From a virus, in the IMG/VR virus record IMGVR_UViG_3300027969_000082, positions 9,132-73,131 of that record: DNA of 64,000 nucleotides; one strand, 5' to 3'. The translations under genes and the position numbers were made by a program. The stretch's first letter is position 1. Each line of letters begins with the position of its first letter. Shown piece by piece: positions 10,457 to 22,000 of this stretch. The notes beneath the pieces were generated by a model. That model was not told the origin of the DNA. It did not search any database and saw nothing but the letters and a program-made list of their open reading frames with translations.

Positions 10457-10831
10457 ATGACATATTATGTTGGACAAGACAACGACCTAAATCAACTATT
10501 AGGCATAGGAAATGCAAGATACTTTTATGCTCTACGTAGAGATGACGAAGGATTATTATTCTTTGCAAAAATTGATCAATTAATTGACACAGATCAAATA
10601 ACTATTAATAATTCCGGATTAACAGAAAACGACTACAGTGAATTTGAATACGGTGTTGATTTTTTTGACGGAAGACTACAAGAAGACCACAGTAGACCCT
10701 ATTCAAATTTGCAATGGGATCAATATAGATGGGACAGTAAAAGCGTTTATTATTACATTAATACAGCTGGAGAATTAATTGTACGAATAAATCAAAGTTA
10801 TACATATCCACCAGAATTAATTGTAAGCTAA
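10457..10831 (+). CDS. Hypothetical (probably virion) protein
   Basis: AAGGAG SD; co-oriented in the structural operon. Confidence 0.6.
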   Translation: MTYYVGQDNDLNQLLGIGNARYFYALRRDDEGLLFFAKIDQLIDTDQITINNSGLTENDYSEFEYGVDFFDGRLQEDHSRPYSNLQWDQYRWDSKSVYYYINTAGELIVRINQSYTYPPELIVS

Positions 10832-10851
10832 ACACATAAGGAATATTTAAA

Positions 10852-13800
10852 ATGGCAGCAGAATTTAAAATTGGCAGACTGCGTTATACATGGAAGGGAG
10901 TTTGGTCAACTGGCAAATTCTTTAATCGTGACGCGGTAGTATCTAATCAAGGTAAAACTTATGTTTGTTTAGTACCACATACCTCTGGAAACTTTTTTGA
11001 TGATTTAGAACACTATGATCCAGTAGAGGGGTCAACTCCATATTGGTCGTTAATGCTTGACGGCACTAGTTGGAAAGGAGTATGGGCTCCTAGTACAGAC
11101 TATACTGTTGGCAATATTGTATCTTATGGTGGAAGTTTATACAAGCGTACCATTAATGCACCTAGCGGATTAACATTTAATCCAGCAAATTGGGAAGTCT
11201 ACGTTACTATTAACAGTTCATGGACTGGCGATTTTTTACCAAGTACATTGTATAAAGAAGGTGAGAATGCCAAGTATGGTGGAAATGTATTTAAATGTAT
11301 AGAAGATCACACATCAGCTGGTAACGGAGTATTAGATTATACTAAATGGGAAATTGCATTTGAAGGAATTGAATTCAAAGGAGAGTGGGTATCATCTAGT
11401 AGACAATACAAGCCAAACGACATAGTTAAGTACGGTCCTGATTTATGGATTTGTAGTGTTGATCATAGTAGTGGGTTACCGTTTGATTCGTCTACAAAAT
11501 GGAGTATATGGCTTCCTGGTATTGAGTTTGGAAATACTTGGAGTAACACTGCTACATATCAACCAGGCGAAACAGTTTTATATGGTGGTTATTCGTATGT
11601 AAGCAAATCTTCAAATAATTTAGGAAATAATCCAGCAAGTGACGAAGATAATTGGAGTTTATTAACTACTGGATATGATATAAAAAATGATTGGACTTCG
11701 GGATTGTCTTATAAAATTGGCAGCGTGGTTCGACGAAACGGAAATCTATATGTAGCTGTACAGGATAATTCTGCAGAAGACCCAACAGATGCATTAGTAA
11801 CTACAACATATAATTCTACAGGTAGCAGCGGGTTAACACTAAAAGTTGCAAGTACTACTGGAATTTATGCAGGTATGATAATTGTGGGTACAGCCTTTAA
11901 GAAAGGACAATATGTAACCCGGGTTGATAATCTAACAACGTTAACAATTAGTCAAGCACCATACAGTTCTATCACTAACGGCGACAGTTTAGATTTTATT
12001 GGTGTAAATGGTGATAATTGGATTCCTATTTTTGCCGGTGTTAAGTGGAAAAATCGCTGGAATGCAGGAATTGCATATGTAATTAACGATGTTGCGGTAT
12101 GGGTCAACAAAACATATAAATGTATTAAAACTCACATATCATCAGAAAATGTTAGACCAGATGCTGATATAGATAACGAATTATGGATACGATACTTAGA
12201 TCACGATAGATTTAATGTGTTAAATGTTTCTGGAGATTTAATATTAAACATTGACGGAGTAAACGAAGCGTTAACTATCGGAACCGAGGGCTTCCTATTA
12301 AAATCTATTTCAGGTGTACCAACATGGTCTAATGTTTTTAGAACTCCTAATGTTTATTATGTAAAGCCGGAGGGAACAGATGAGATAACCAGCGGAGCAA
12401 CTTGGGACAATCCGTATAAAAGTATAAAATACGCATGTGATCAAATCACCGCCGGCACCGAAAATCCAAATGCAAAGATAATTTTAGAATCCAATAGAGA
12501 TTTTTTAATTAGAGAACTTGTACAATGGCAGATTTTTCAAATATCAGGATCGTTGGCACCTTTTTCGTCAAATGTTACACTTGATACCGATAAAACTGAA
12601 AGAGATGCAAGCTATCTAATTGATGCAGTTATATATGATTTAATTAGAGGCAGTAATAGTCAAGTTATTGCATATACATTGGCGTTTTTTGATAAAGAAT
12701 TTAACTATAAATTTGCTACTAATGAGATTGAACTTCAAGTAGATTATTTTATAGCATCATTAAATCGATTGTTTAGTACTATAAGCCTAGTAGCATCAGC
12801 TACCCCAATCTCACCATTGTATCAAACACTTAATAATGTACCGTCATTAATTACTCAAACATTTGGTACTCCTGGTGACACACAGACAACAACTGATATA
12901 GAATCATTTAGAACTATAGTTATTACGGCACTAAGTGCTGGTAACACTACCAGCATCCCTAGAGAAAATCAAGGCGTTACTTCAACTATAATGGTAAAGA
13001 CAGGCACATACTATGAAGAATTACCAATAGTAATACCGGCAAATACAGCGTTAAACGGTGACGAATTAAGAGGAGTAGTAGTACGACCTAAGCTGGTTAT
13101 TGATCGTTTAATTACCCGCACTACTACTGGAACTAACTTACTCACCGTTGCTTCTACAGACGGGATGTATGCTGGGATGAGAGTACAATTTGATTCTACT
13201 AATTCCGTTAACGGAATTAATACCGTGTTTGGAGGACTTGAGAGAGGAAGAAACTACTATATAGTGGGAGCTATCACTGCAACTCAATTTTCAGTAAGTT
13301 TGACTCAGAACGGATCAGCGGCCACTCTTTCTAACTATGTTGGAAATATGTATGTGTATGGCGGTGATGCATTAAAAGATATGTTCTATTGTCAAAACGG
13401 TACTGGCATTAGAAACATGACGCTTACCGGATTACTAGGAACATTAACTGCTGAAAATGAATTTTTAACACGTAGACCCACAGGCGGCGCATATGTAAGT
13501 TTAGACCCAGGAGTATCACCAGATGATACCAGTGCATGGATCTATCGTAGAAGCCCTTATATACAAAACGTATCAACTTTTGGCCAAGGCGCTACTGGAT
13601 TAAAAATTGACGGTACGTTGCATAACGGCGGCAATAAATCTATTGTGTGTAACGACTTTACGCAAATTATAAGTGATGGAATTGGTATCTGGACAACTGG
13701 CCCAGACTCATTATGTGAAGCAGTTTCTGTATTTGCATACTATGCATATGCTGGGTATTTTGCCGAAGACGGTGGCAGAATCCGTGCTACTAACGGCAAT

Positions 13801-16800
13801 AGTTCTTACGGAACGTTCGGAGTTGTGGCAGAAGGATATGATGCTAACGAGACTCCGAGCACTGGATCTGTTAATAATAGATATTACGAAGCAGAGGCAA
13901 CCCCATTTAGTTCTTTAGGAGCCCAAGCGGAGATTTTAAAACTACAATTTAGTCACGCTGGTGAGCACTACTATACTGAAACTACAAACTTGCTAAAAAA
14001 TAGTAATACATTTACAGGCGCAAATTGGACAACTGATAGCAATGTAACATTAATTCAATCAATTGTATCTCCTTACAACGTATCTGAAGCGTGGATTGCG
14101 TCAGGAACTACGTCAGGAACTAACAGTAGTTATTTGTATCAAAATACTACAATTGCACCTTCTGGAAAACAATATACCGCAGTCGTAGGAGCTAACTACG
14201 GACCAGGTGGCGGGTCAGCAGCTACCTTTGATATTACTGTTACTAGTACTGAGTATATAGTTGCGGTAAATAATGGTGGTAGCGGATATGTTGCTACTAA
14301 TCAAATTTTAATCTTAGGCTCTCAACTAGGTGGCCTTGATAACATTAATGATCTGTTAATAACTGTTGAAACATTAATATCAGGAACTTCTATTAACACA
14401 GTTTCACATGAAGGCACTGTGCCTGCAGGAAGTCTACAACCGTATACTGCAAGTATTTTTTGTAAAAAAGGATCGTCAAATATAATTGACGTAGTAGCAA
14501 CGTTTAGCGGGTACTCATCAGCTTCTAGTTATATAAGTTATAATTTTAATACAAAAGCAGTAACACCAGGTAATTTAACAGGCGGCCTTGTTCCTACTAC
14601 GTTTAGTGCAACTCCAGTTTCTAACAGCGATAACTGGTATCGACTATCTTTTGAATTTTACGATGTATCTGGGTTAAACGATGCGCTTCAAATTAGACTT
14701 TATCCTCGAGGACAGACCGGCAATACAGCGTACACATTAATATACGGGGCACAACTACAATTAGGTGCCGGATTAAAATTCTATCAAAAAACAAATCTAG
14801 GACAATATACTGCATATGCAAACATTGATGTTATTGGTGCTGGAACAGGGGTCGAAGTTGTTGCGGACGAAGTACGCTCAAACGGAATATATCAAACTAG
14901 ATTATTAGAAGTTAATTCAGTAACTGGTGGTAATAATTATTTACTATCTTCTAATAATGGACAAAATGGTGATACTACTTCAATAACTATTGCGGCATCT
15001 GACGTTGCTGGTCCTAAAGAATATTTAGGAATGAGATTGTTTATTAATAGCGGAACAGGAGCTGGACAATACGGTACTATTTCATATTTTGATACATCTA
15101 CTAAAATTGTTAGTATGTTAAAAGAATCATTTGATCAAATAACTATAACTGAAACAGAATCTAGTACTGATACTTTTATTATTGGCGACCTAGATGACAT
15201 AAACACATTATATGTAGATCAACCAATCCAATTTACTCCAACTATTTTTACAACAACTATTTCTCGTATATCGCAAAGTAGTGTAAATGTAATTTTAACA
15301 ACAGGCGGCATTATAAATGAAATAACCGTAGTAAGCACTGCTAGATTAGCAGTGGATATGCCTATCACATTTAGCGGAGTTACATCTGGAGGCGTTACAT
15401 CTAACTTTACATATTACATTCTTAGCATTATTGATAATCAAAAAATTCAAGTTGCTACTACAGTAGGCGGAGCAGTAGTACTATTAACTACTGGAAACGC
15501 AACAATGCAGTTGAATTATCCAGACGGTACTAGTTACATAAATGCATCTACTACAAATATGGATGTAAATTTGCCTATATATTTTACAGGTACCGCAATA
15601 TCTGATATCACAGCAGGCACAACCTATTATATTAATGATATTTTAAGTAGTACAGAATTTACAATTTCTACAGATTTAATACTACCGTCGGCTACAAATA
15701 CAACATATATCACTAATGTTGTTACCGTTGATTCTACTACAGGGTTAGTATCATTAAATCCTATTAAATTTACCGGAACAACATTTGGCGGAATAGATAT
15801 TAATACTACTTACTATATAAATCACATTATAAGCGCGGGCAGTTTAACACTATCAGCAGATATTACATCAACTAGAGCATCTGTAACGTCGTCAACTAGC
15901 AATCTAGTGTACGTGCAAGATACTAGTGGATTTGTTATTGGTAACCCAATAGTGTTTACTGGAACAACATTTGGTGGAATTGAGAATGATAAAGTTTATT
16001 ATATTTTAACTATTAACGATGTACAAACTATTAGTATTACTACAAACTCTTCTGAATTAAACTTATCAGTAACAGCATCATCTGACGGTGGTGCATCACC
16101 GGACCGACTTACTACCTCGTCAACAAATAATATGGCTCCGCTGAACCCGATAAAATTTTATGGAACTACATTTGGCGGCATACTAACAAGCGGGACCTAT
16201 TATATTAACAGAGTGTTTACTGACAACACTACAACGTTCAATGTCTCGGAAACTATAATATCTAACATTGCTACGGAAACGGTTGATGTATCTAACCTAA
16301 TTACTGTAGCTAGCACGTTAGGATTCACACCAAATAATCCAATTATATTTTCTGGAGAAGTATTTGGAGGACTCCAAAGCGGTTATGTCTATTATGTAAG
16401 TGCGGTAAATGATGCAACTACGTTTACAGTTAGCGCACTTCCGGGCGGCGCAGCAGTAACATTAACTCCAGGGACTGGTAGTATTAGAGTAAGAACTACA
16501 TCGGCAGCAGTACCATTAACTACAACAACTGGATCAATGACAGCCATCACTCGATCAGGTGGTACTCCGCTGCCACTAGTAACCGGCGTGGGCGATTGTA
16601 TTGTACGAACAACAACTACAAGTATACCGCTAGTGTCAGCTGTAGGTACACTGCAAGGAACAACTACATCAGCTAAATTAACCCTAGCAAGCGATGGCGG
16701 AGGTATGAAGGGAAATTTTGGAGTACCGTTAATTGGCGGAATTTCTCAAGGAACAACATATTATATTAAAACCATTACAACTAGTCCTACGAAAAAATTT

Positions 16801-18975
16801 ACAGTAACAGATGCACCTGGTGGTGCAACCGCAGTATCATTAACTGATGATGTAGGTTCTATGAAAATGGGAGAAGTTGGATGGGATCATGTTAATCCTG
16901 GAACTGATCTAGTCCCTACATTTGATTCGACTTCGGTTTACAGTATTGAACCTAGAATTGTATACTCTAAACCATCGTTCTCAGCCGGCCCTGCTACAAT
17001 TATATCACAAGCACCAGGCACATCTTATATTGCAATAGCATATGGAAACGGAAAATGGATTGCACTACCTGACGCTGGCAATGTTATTGCAATAGCATCG
17101 AGTGGAGAATTGTTCAATCAAGCATCATTACCGTCTGTAGGCTCATGGAAAGATATTACCTACGGAAATGGTTACTGGGTAATTGTGTCATCGGGCGGCT
17201 CGGCCCCTGGATCTAAAGTACTATATTCGAACTCTAGCGGAGTTACATGGAAAACATCAAACTTACCAACTGCTGGAAATTGGTCTAACGTTGCATACGG
17301 TAACGGAAAGTTTGTGGCTATAACTAGTGACGGCACTTCTGCAGCATATTCTACAAATTCTGGAGCTAACTGGAACGCAGCAACTGGATTTTCAGGCGGG
17401 TTTACCTGGACTGATTTAACATACGGCGCAGGAACATATGTTGCAATTAGCACAAGCGGTTCAGGAAAAGTTGCATATTCAACCAACGGAACTTCATGGA
17501 CAGTAATTAACCTGCCAACATCCGGAGCGTCAAATACATGGACCGGAGTTGCCTACGGTAACAGCAGATTTGTAGCAATTGGGTCAACCCTTGGCAAAGC
17601 AGCATATAGCTTAGACGGTATTACGTGGGCGCTATCATTATATGAAGTGTCTGGTACACATTTAGCGTACGGCAATGGAGTGTTTGTAACAACAGGGTAC
17701 GAGCCATCAAGTGTTCCGACTAGTTTTACTTCTGAAGATGGCATTAGATGGTATAGAAAACAATCTACAAATAATCTTGCAGCCATCGCATACGGATTAA
17801 CAAATACATATACCGGAATATTTTTAAGTGTAAAGGGGCAACAGTATGCAGCTACAGTCACCGCCGGTGCCCAGGCCAAGGCGCGCCCAATAATTTCTAC
17901 AGAACAAATTATTGAGATAAATGAATGGGACACCGGGTCTAATTATGTATCAGCACCAACCGTATCAATATTTGACACTAACGCAACTATCGAAGCGTCA
18001 GTATCTCCGCTATCTGGACTCGGAGTACTATCAAATCCAACATTTATTAATAGAGGTACTGGTTATAATACTAACACTACTAGTATTAAAATTAATGGTG
18101 ACGGCTATGCAGATAACTTTCAGACTGGACTACGTTTGATACTTAACAATTTAACTAAATTACCCGCAGCGGGAGATAATATTGCTCTCCAAGGAAATAG
18201 TACAATTTACAAAGTAACTGGTGCTGTTGCACTAGACGGTACGGTTGCACCAACAGTACTTGCAAGAGTTGATATTTCCCCAGCCATGTCTGTAGGATTA
18301 TCTCCGTCTCATAGCACATCGGTTACTGTAAGATCAAAATATAGTCAAGCTCGTTTAACAAACCATGATTTTTTAAACATTGGTTATGGAAATTTTGAAG
18401 AATCAAACTATCCAAGATTACCAACTGATACGTTATTATCACCTCAAAACGAAACCGTTGAAATCAACTATGGTAGAGTGTTCTATAGCTCTACAGACCA
18501 GGACGGAAACTTTAGAGTAGGTGAATTATTCGCAGTTGAACAAGCAACAGGAATTGTAACACTAAGCGCAAGTCAATTTGGATTAACTGGATTAACTGAG
18601 TTACGATTAGGAGGTATTGCAGTTGGCGGAAACGCAGTTATTATTACACAATTTAGTACTGATCAAACGTTTATTGCTAATAGTAATAATATTATACCAA
18701 CACAAAAGGCAATTAAAGCGTATTTAACTGCAAGGCTAAGCCAGGGCGGTGCTAACACGTTTACAGGGCAGTTGATTGCCGGTACTGTGTTAGTAGGCGG
18801 CCCTGATAGAATTGCTAGTACAATTCCTAACGGAAATGCAGGCTCAGTAGTAAGAATGCCTAGCAAAGTTGATATACACGGCTTTGAAGGCGGCGGCTGG
18901 GATGGAAACGGCATGGCTTTAATGATCTTCCAACAGAGTTTTGCCGCAGGCGGTGACCCAGAATCTAACTGGTAA
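10852..18975 (+). CDS. Giant virion structural/fibre protein (2707 aa): CBM5/12-like repeats, beta-helix, propeller-like YGNG repeats
   Basis: AAGGA SD. W-x4-Y-x2-G-x2-V-x-YGG repeats; GDELR...RSPYIQNVSTFG...NGNSSYG beta-helix; IAYGNGKFVA-type repeats; paralogous to 19027. Confidence 0.8.
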   Translation: MAAEFKIGRLRYTWKGVWSTGKFFNRDAVVSNQGKTYVCLVPHTSGNFFDDLEHYDPVEGSTPYWSLMLDGTSWKGVWAPSTDYTVGNIVSYGGSLYKRTINAPSGLTFNPANWEVYVTINSSWTGDFLPSTLYKEGENAKYGGNVFKCIEDHTSAGNGVLDYTKWEIAFEGIEFKGEWVSSSRQYKPNDIVKYGPDLWICSVDHSSGLPFDSSTKWSIWLPGIEFGNTWSNTATYQPGETVLYGGYSYVSKSSNNLGNNPASDEDNWSLLTTGYDIKNDWTSGLSYKIGSVVRRNGNLYVAVQDNSAEDPTDALVTTTYNSTGSSGLTLKVASTTGIYAGMIIVGTAFKKGQYVTRVDNLTTLTISQAPYSSITNGDSLDFIGVNGDNWIPIFAGVKWKNRWNAGIAYVINDVAVWVNKTYKCIKTHISSENVRPDADIDNELWIRYLDHDRFNVLNVSGDLILNIDGVNEALTIGTEGFLLKSISGVPTWSNVFRTPNVYYVKPEGTDEITSGATWDNPYKSIKYACDQITAGTENPNAKIILESNRDFLIRELVQWQIFQISGSLAPFSSNVTLDTDKTERDASYLIDAVIYDLIRGSNSQVIAYTLAFFDKEFNYKFATNEIELQVDYFIASLNRLFSTISLVASATPISPLYQTLNNVPSLITQTFGTPGDTQTTTDIESFRTIVITALSAGNTTSIPRENQGVTSTIMVKTGTYYEELPIVIPANTALNGDELRGVVVRPKLVIDRLITRTTTGTNLLTVASTDGMYAGMRVQFDSTNSVNGINTVFGGLERGRNYYIVGAITATQFSVSLTQNGSAATLSNYVGNMYVYGGDALKDMFYCQNGTGIRNMTLTGLLGTLTAENEFLTRRPTGGAYVSLDPGVSPDDTSAWIYRRSPYIQNVSTFGQGATGLKIDGTLHNGGNKSIVCNDFTQIISDGIGIWTTGPDSLCEAVSVFAYYAYAGYFAEDGGRIRATNGNSSYGTFGVVAEGYDANETPSTGSVNNRYYEAEATPFSSLGAQAEILKLQFSHAGEHYYTETTNLLKNSNTFTGANWTTDSNVTLIQSIVSPYNVSEAWIASGTTSGTNSSYLYQNTTIAPSGKQYTAVVGANYGPGGGSAATFDITVTSTEYIVAVNNGGSGYVATNQILILGSQLGGLDNINDLLITVETLISGTSINTVSHEGTVPAGSLQPYTASIFCKKGSSNIIDVVATFSGYSSASSYISYNFNTKAVTPGNLTGGLVPTTFSATPVSNSDNWYRLSFEFYDVSGLNDALQIRLYPRGQTGNTAYTLIYGAQLQLGAGLKFYQKTNLGQYTAYANIDVIGAGTGVEVVADEVRSNGIYQTRLLEVNSVTGGNNYLLSSNNGQNGDTTSITIAASDVAGPKEYLGMRLFINSGTGAGQYGTISYFDTSTKIVSMLKESFDQITITETESSTDTFIIGDLDDINTLYVDQPIQFTPTIFTTTISRISQSSVNVILTTGGIINEITVVSTARLAVDMPITFSGVTSGGVTSNFTYYILSIIDNQKIQVATTVGGAVVLLTTGNATMQLNYPDGTSYINASTTNMDVNLPIYFTGTAISDITAGTTYYINDILSSTEFTISTDLILPSATNTTYITNVVTVDSTTGLVSLNPIKFTGTTFGGIDINTTYYINHIISAGSLTLSADITSTRASVTSSTSNLVYVQDTSGFVIGNPIVFTGTTFGGIENDKVYYILTINDVQTISITTNSSELNLSVTASSDGGASPDRLTTSSTNNMAPLNPIKFYGTTFGGILTSGTYYINRVFTDNTTTFNVSETIISNIATETVDVSNLITVASTLGFTPNNPIIFSGEVFGGLQSGYVYYVSAVNDATTFTVSALPGGAAVTLTPGTGSIRVRTTSAAVPLTTTTGSMTAITRSGGTPLPLVTGVGDCIVRTTTTSIPLVSAVGTLQGTTTSAKLTLASDGGGMKGNFGVPLIGGISQGTTYYIKTITTSPTKKFTVTDAPGGATAVSLTDDVGSMKMGEVGWDHVNPGTDLVPTFDSTSVYSIEPRIVYSKPSFSAGPATIISQAPGTSYIAIAYGNGKWIALPDAGNVIAIASSGELFNQASLPSVGSWKDITYGNGYWVIVSSGGSAPGSKVLYSNSSGVTWKTSNLPTAGNWSNVAYGNGKFVAITSDGTSAAYSTNSGANWNAATGFSGGFTWTDLTYGAGTYVAISTSGSGKVAYSTNGTSWTVINLPTSGASNTWTGVAYGNSRFVAIGSTLGKAAYSLDGITWALSLYEVSGTHLAYGNGVFVTTGYEPSSVPTSFTSEDGIRWYRKQSTNNLAAIAYGLTNTYTGIFLSVKGQQYAATVTAGAQAKARPIISTEQIIEINEWDTGSNYVSAPTVSIFDTNATIEASVSPLSGLGVLSNPTFINRGTGYNTNTTSIKINGDGYADNFQTGLRLILNNLTKLPAAGDNIALQGNSTIYKVTGAVALDGTVAPTVLARVDISPAMSVGLSPSHSTSVTVRSKYSQARLTNHDFLNIGYGNFEESNYPRLPTDTLLSPQNETVEINYGRVFYSSTDQDGNFRVGELFAVEQATGIVTLSASQFGLTGLTELRLGGIAVGGNAVIITQFSTDQTFIANSNNIIPTQKAIKAYLTARLSQGGANTFTGQLIAGTVLVGGPDRIASTIPNGNAGSVVRMPSKVDIHGFEGGGWDGNGMALMIFQQSFAAGGDPESNW

Positions 18976-18996
18976 AAGTAATAGATAATGATATAC

Positions 18997-19004
18997 GATA
19001 AATA
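18997..19004 (+). promoter_or_regulatory. Late promoter-like element (GATAAATA)
   Basis: TAAATA core upstream of the AAGGA SD and the 19027 ATG. Confidence 0.55.
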
Positions 19005-19026
19005 TAATATCAAAGGATGAAAGCAA

Positions 19027-22000
19027 ATGGCTGAATTTAAATTAGGTAGAATTAGATTTGTATGGAAGGGAACTTGGACACCAAGTACCTCGTACTTAAT
19101 TGACGACGTCGTAAGTAATGGCGGAAAAAGTTATATATGTGTAGTAAACCATACAGCAGCTAGCCTATTCAATACTGACCTAGATTTTGTACCTTCAAAG
19201 TGGAACATTGTATCAGACGGTACTCAGTGGTTAGGTGATTGGGAACCTGAAACATATTATAATCCTGGCGCTTCGGTCAAGTACGGCGGCCTAGTTTATA
19301 TTTGTAAAACAGGACACACTTCAGCTACGTATGAGGTTCCAGACTTTTTAGGCTTAGAAGACGACTTAGGAAACTGGGAATTATTTGCAGAAAGTTTTGA
19401 CTGGAAGGGTCCATGGAACACTGCTACTAGATACAGAATTAATGATTTTGTATCTTACGGATCAACAGTATATGTTTGTACAACAGGACATCTTAGCGAT
19501 GCATCAACTGTTACATTACCAGCATCTGCATTTACAGTTAGTGCAGGTACTGCAACCCTTACCTACGCACCACAAAATGTTGCCCCGTATGCAGTTGGCT
19601 CAACCGTAACACTTGCGGGATTTACACCAACTCAAACTAGCGGAGTAGTTAACACAGTCAACGCATCATTTACAGTAATAACTTGCACAGCAACACAGTT
19701 GACATTTGCATTAACTGGAACGTATGCTAGTTCTGTTCTTGGAACAGTAACTGGTACAAGCCAATTAGGATTAGAGACAGACTCGTCAAATTGGGATATA
19801 TTTAATCAGGGTGTCATTTACTTAGGTGACTGGAGTGGATCCGCAGTTCGATATAAAGCAAATGATGTGGTAAAATTTGGAGCTAATCTTTGGATATGTA
19901 CAGATTACCATACCTCAAGTGCGTCGTTTGATCAAACAAAATGGGATATTTTTGTTGAAGGTTTTGAGTTTGAAAACTCATGGAATAACTCTACTAATTA
20001 TCAACCAGGTGATGTTGTTACATACGGTGGTTATTCTTATATTGCAAAAACAATTAACGTAAACAAACAGCCAACAACAAATGCAGCTGACTGGGGTGTA
20101 TTTACTACCGGGTTTAATTTTGTTGGCGAATATAATTCACTAACAAATTATAAAGTAGGGGATGTAGTGCGAAACGGCGGCTACACATACGTAGCAGTTC
20201 TAGACAGCGTAGGTCAATTAGTATCTAGCGGAACTTATTGGTCACTACTGAACAGCGGATTTAGATGGACTAACACTCCGCAAACATACACAGAAGTTGC
20301 ATCTGTTACTACAATAGGAACTGGTGCAGGTGCAAAATTTAATGTTATTAGATCTGGAACAGTATATACAGTATCTGTTGCAGGCGGATTTGCAGGTAGT
20401 GGATATTTTGCTAACGATCAAGTAAAAATATTAGGCACCGTCGTTGGCGGCATTTCACCAGCAAATGACATTACTATTAATATATTAACAGTTTCAGCCG
20501 GAGGCGTTGCTACCATTAATTGGAGCGGTGGTTCATCTACATGGACAACAGCTACAGCATATGTATTAGGAGATACTGTTTACTTCGGCGCCAATAGTTA
20601 TGTATGTGTAGCAAACCATACTGCGTCTACCCCTAGCAGACCAGATAATGATACTACGGGCGCATACTGGAATTTATTAGCAGCTGGTTCTGAATATAAT
20701 ATCCTAACCACAACTGGTGACATGGTATATTATGGAACTAACGGCCCTACTAGATTGCCAGTAGGATTTGACGGTCAAGTTTTACGTAGCCAAAATGGAT
20801 TTCCAATTTGGGCCAACTACGGATTAATTAACAATTTAGTGTATGTTGGTCCTCTAGGTAAAGATATTGCGTACCCTGATGCCGGCGCAACAATTGACCA
20901 GCCATGGAAAACCGTAAGATTTGCTACTAAGCAAATTGAAGAAGGGTACTTAACTCCTAACGCTAAAACAATTTTAGCTAAGAACAAACAGTTTATAATG
21001 AAAGAAATTACCAATTGGGTAATTTATACATATACTGTAGATATCACAGCAGCAGATGATGCTAGTGATAGGTTTACCTGCAATGATACAAGTAATTTAA
21101 TATTGAATATGCCAATCGAATTTACTAGTACATTAGGGGGTGTAACAGCTGGTCAAAAATATTTTGTAAAATCAATAGTCGGATCAGAATTTAGTATTTC
21201 AGAAGCTTCTGGCGGTGCAACTAAACAATTAACAGCCGGCACTGGATCAATGACTGGAACATTGTCCTACGATCATGATTTCTGTGAAAGAGATGTAGGC
21301 TTAATTGTAGAAGCAGTTAAGTATGACGTTTCACATGGTGGAAATATGAAAACTACTGCCGCTGCAAAAGCGTACTTTACTGCTGCAGGTAATACATATA
21401 TTAATAGCAATTTTGGCGCACAAAAAACACAAACAGTTGCAGCATATACCTATCTTGCAGAACTATTTGACAATGTGTTAAATAATGCCCCATTTAGGAA
21501 TTATCAAGTTTTTAATGGAATTACAAACGGTGTTACACAAATTGTAGACACCAGCTTAACTGTTGAATCTGGAGTTGTAGATAGAGTATATGAGTTAATT
21601 AGTATCATTACCGATGCTATCACAATTGGATCAGCGACTGCTATCCCTCCGTCAATTAATCCCGCAACTACTATTAGTGTTAAAACAGGAACATATGATG
21701 AAGTATTGCCGATGGTTATACCAGAGTATACTGCCATTGTAGGCGATGAACTACGTAGTACAATTATTCAACCAGCACCTGCAAACGGATTATTAGTAAA
21801 CGATAAAGAAAAAACAACAACTGCACTGAATAGAATTAATTCTATTGCAAGCAATCTAATACAAAATATTACAGTTAGCCCAACTAGTGGTAATACAGAA
21901 GTACAACAATATGTTACAGGATTCAAAGGCGACCCAACTTTAACTACAGCAGTTGATGACAGAGCAACTGATATAAGTGATATATTAGCTGGCGGCCTTA

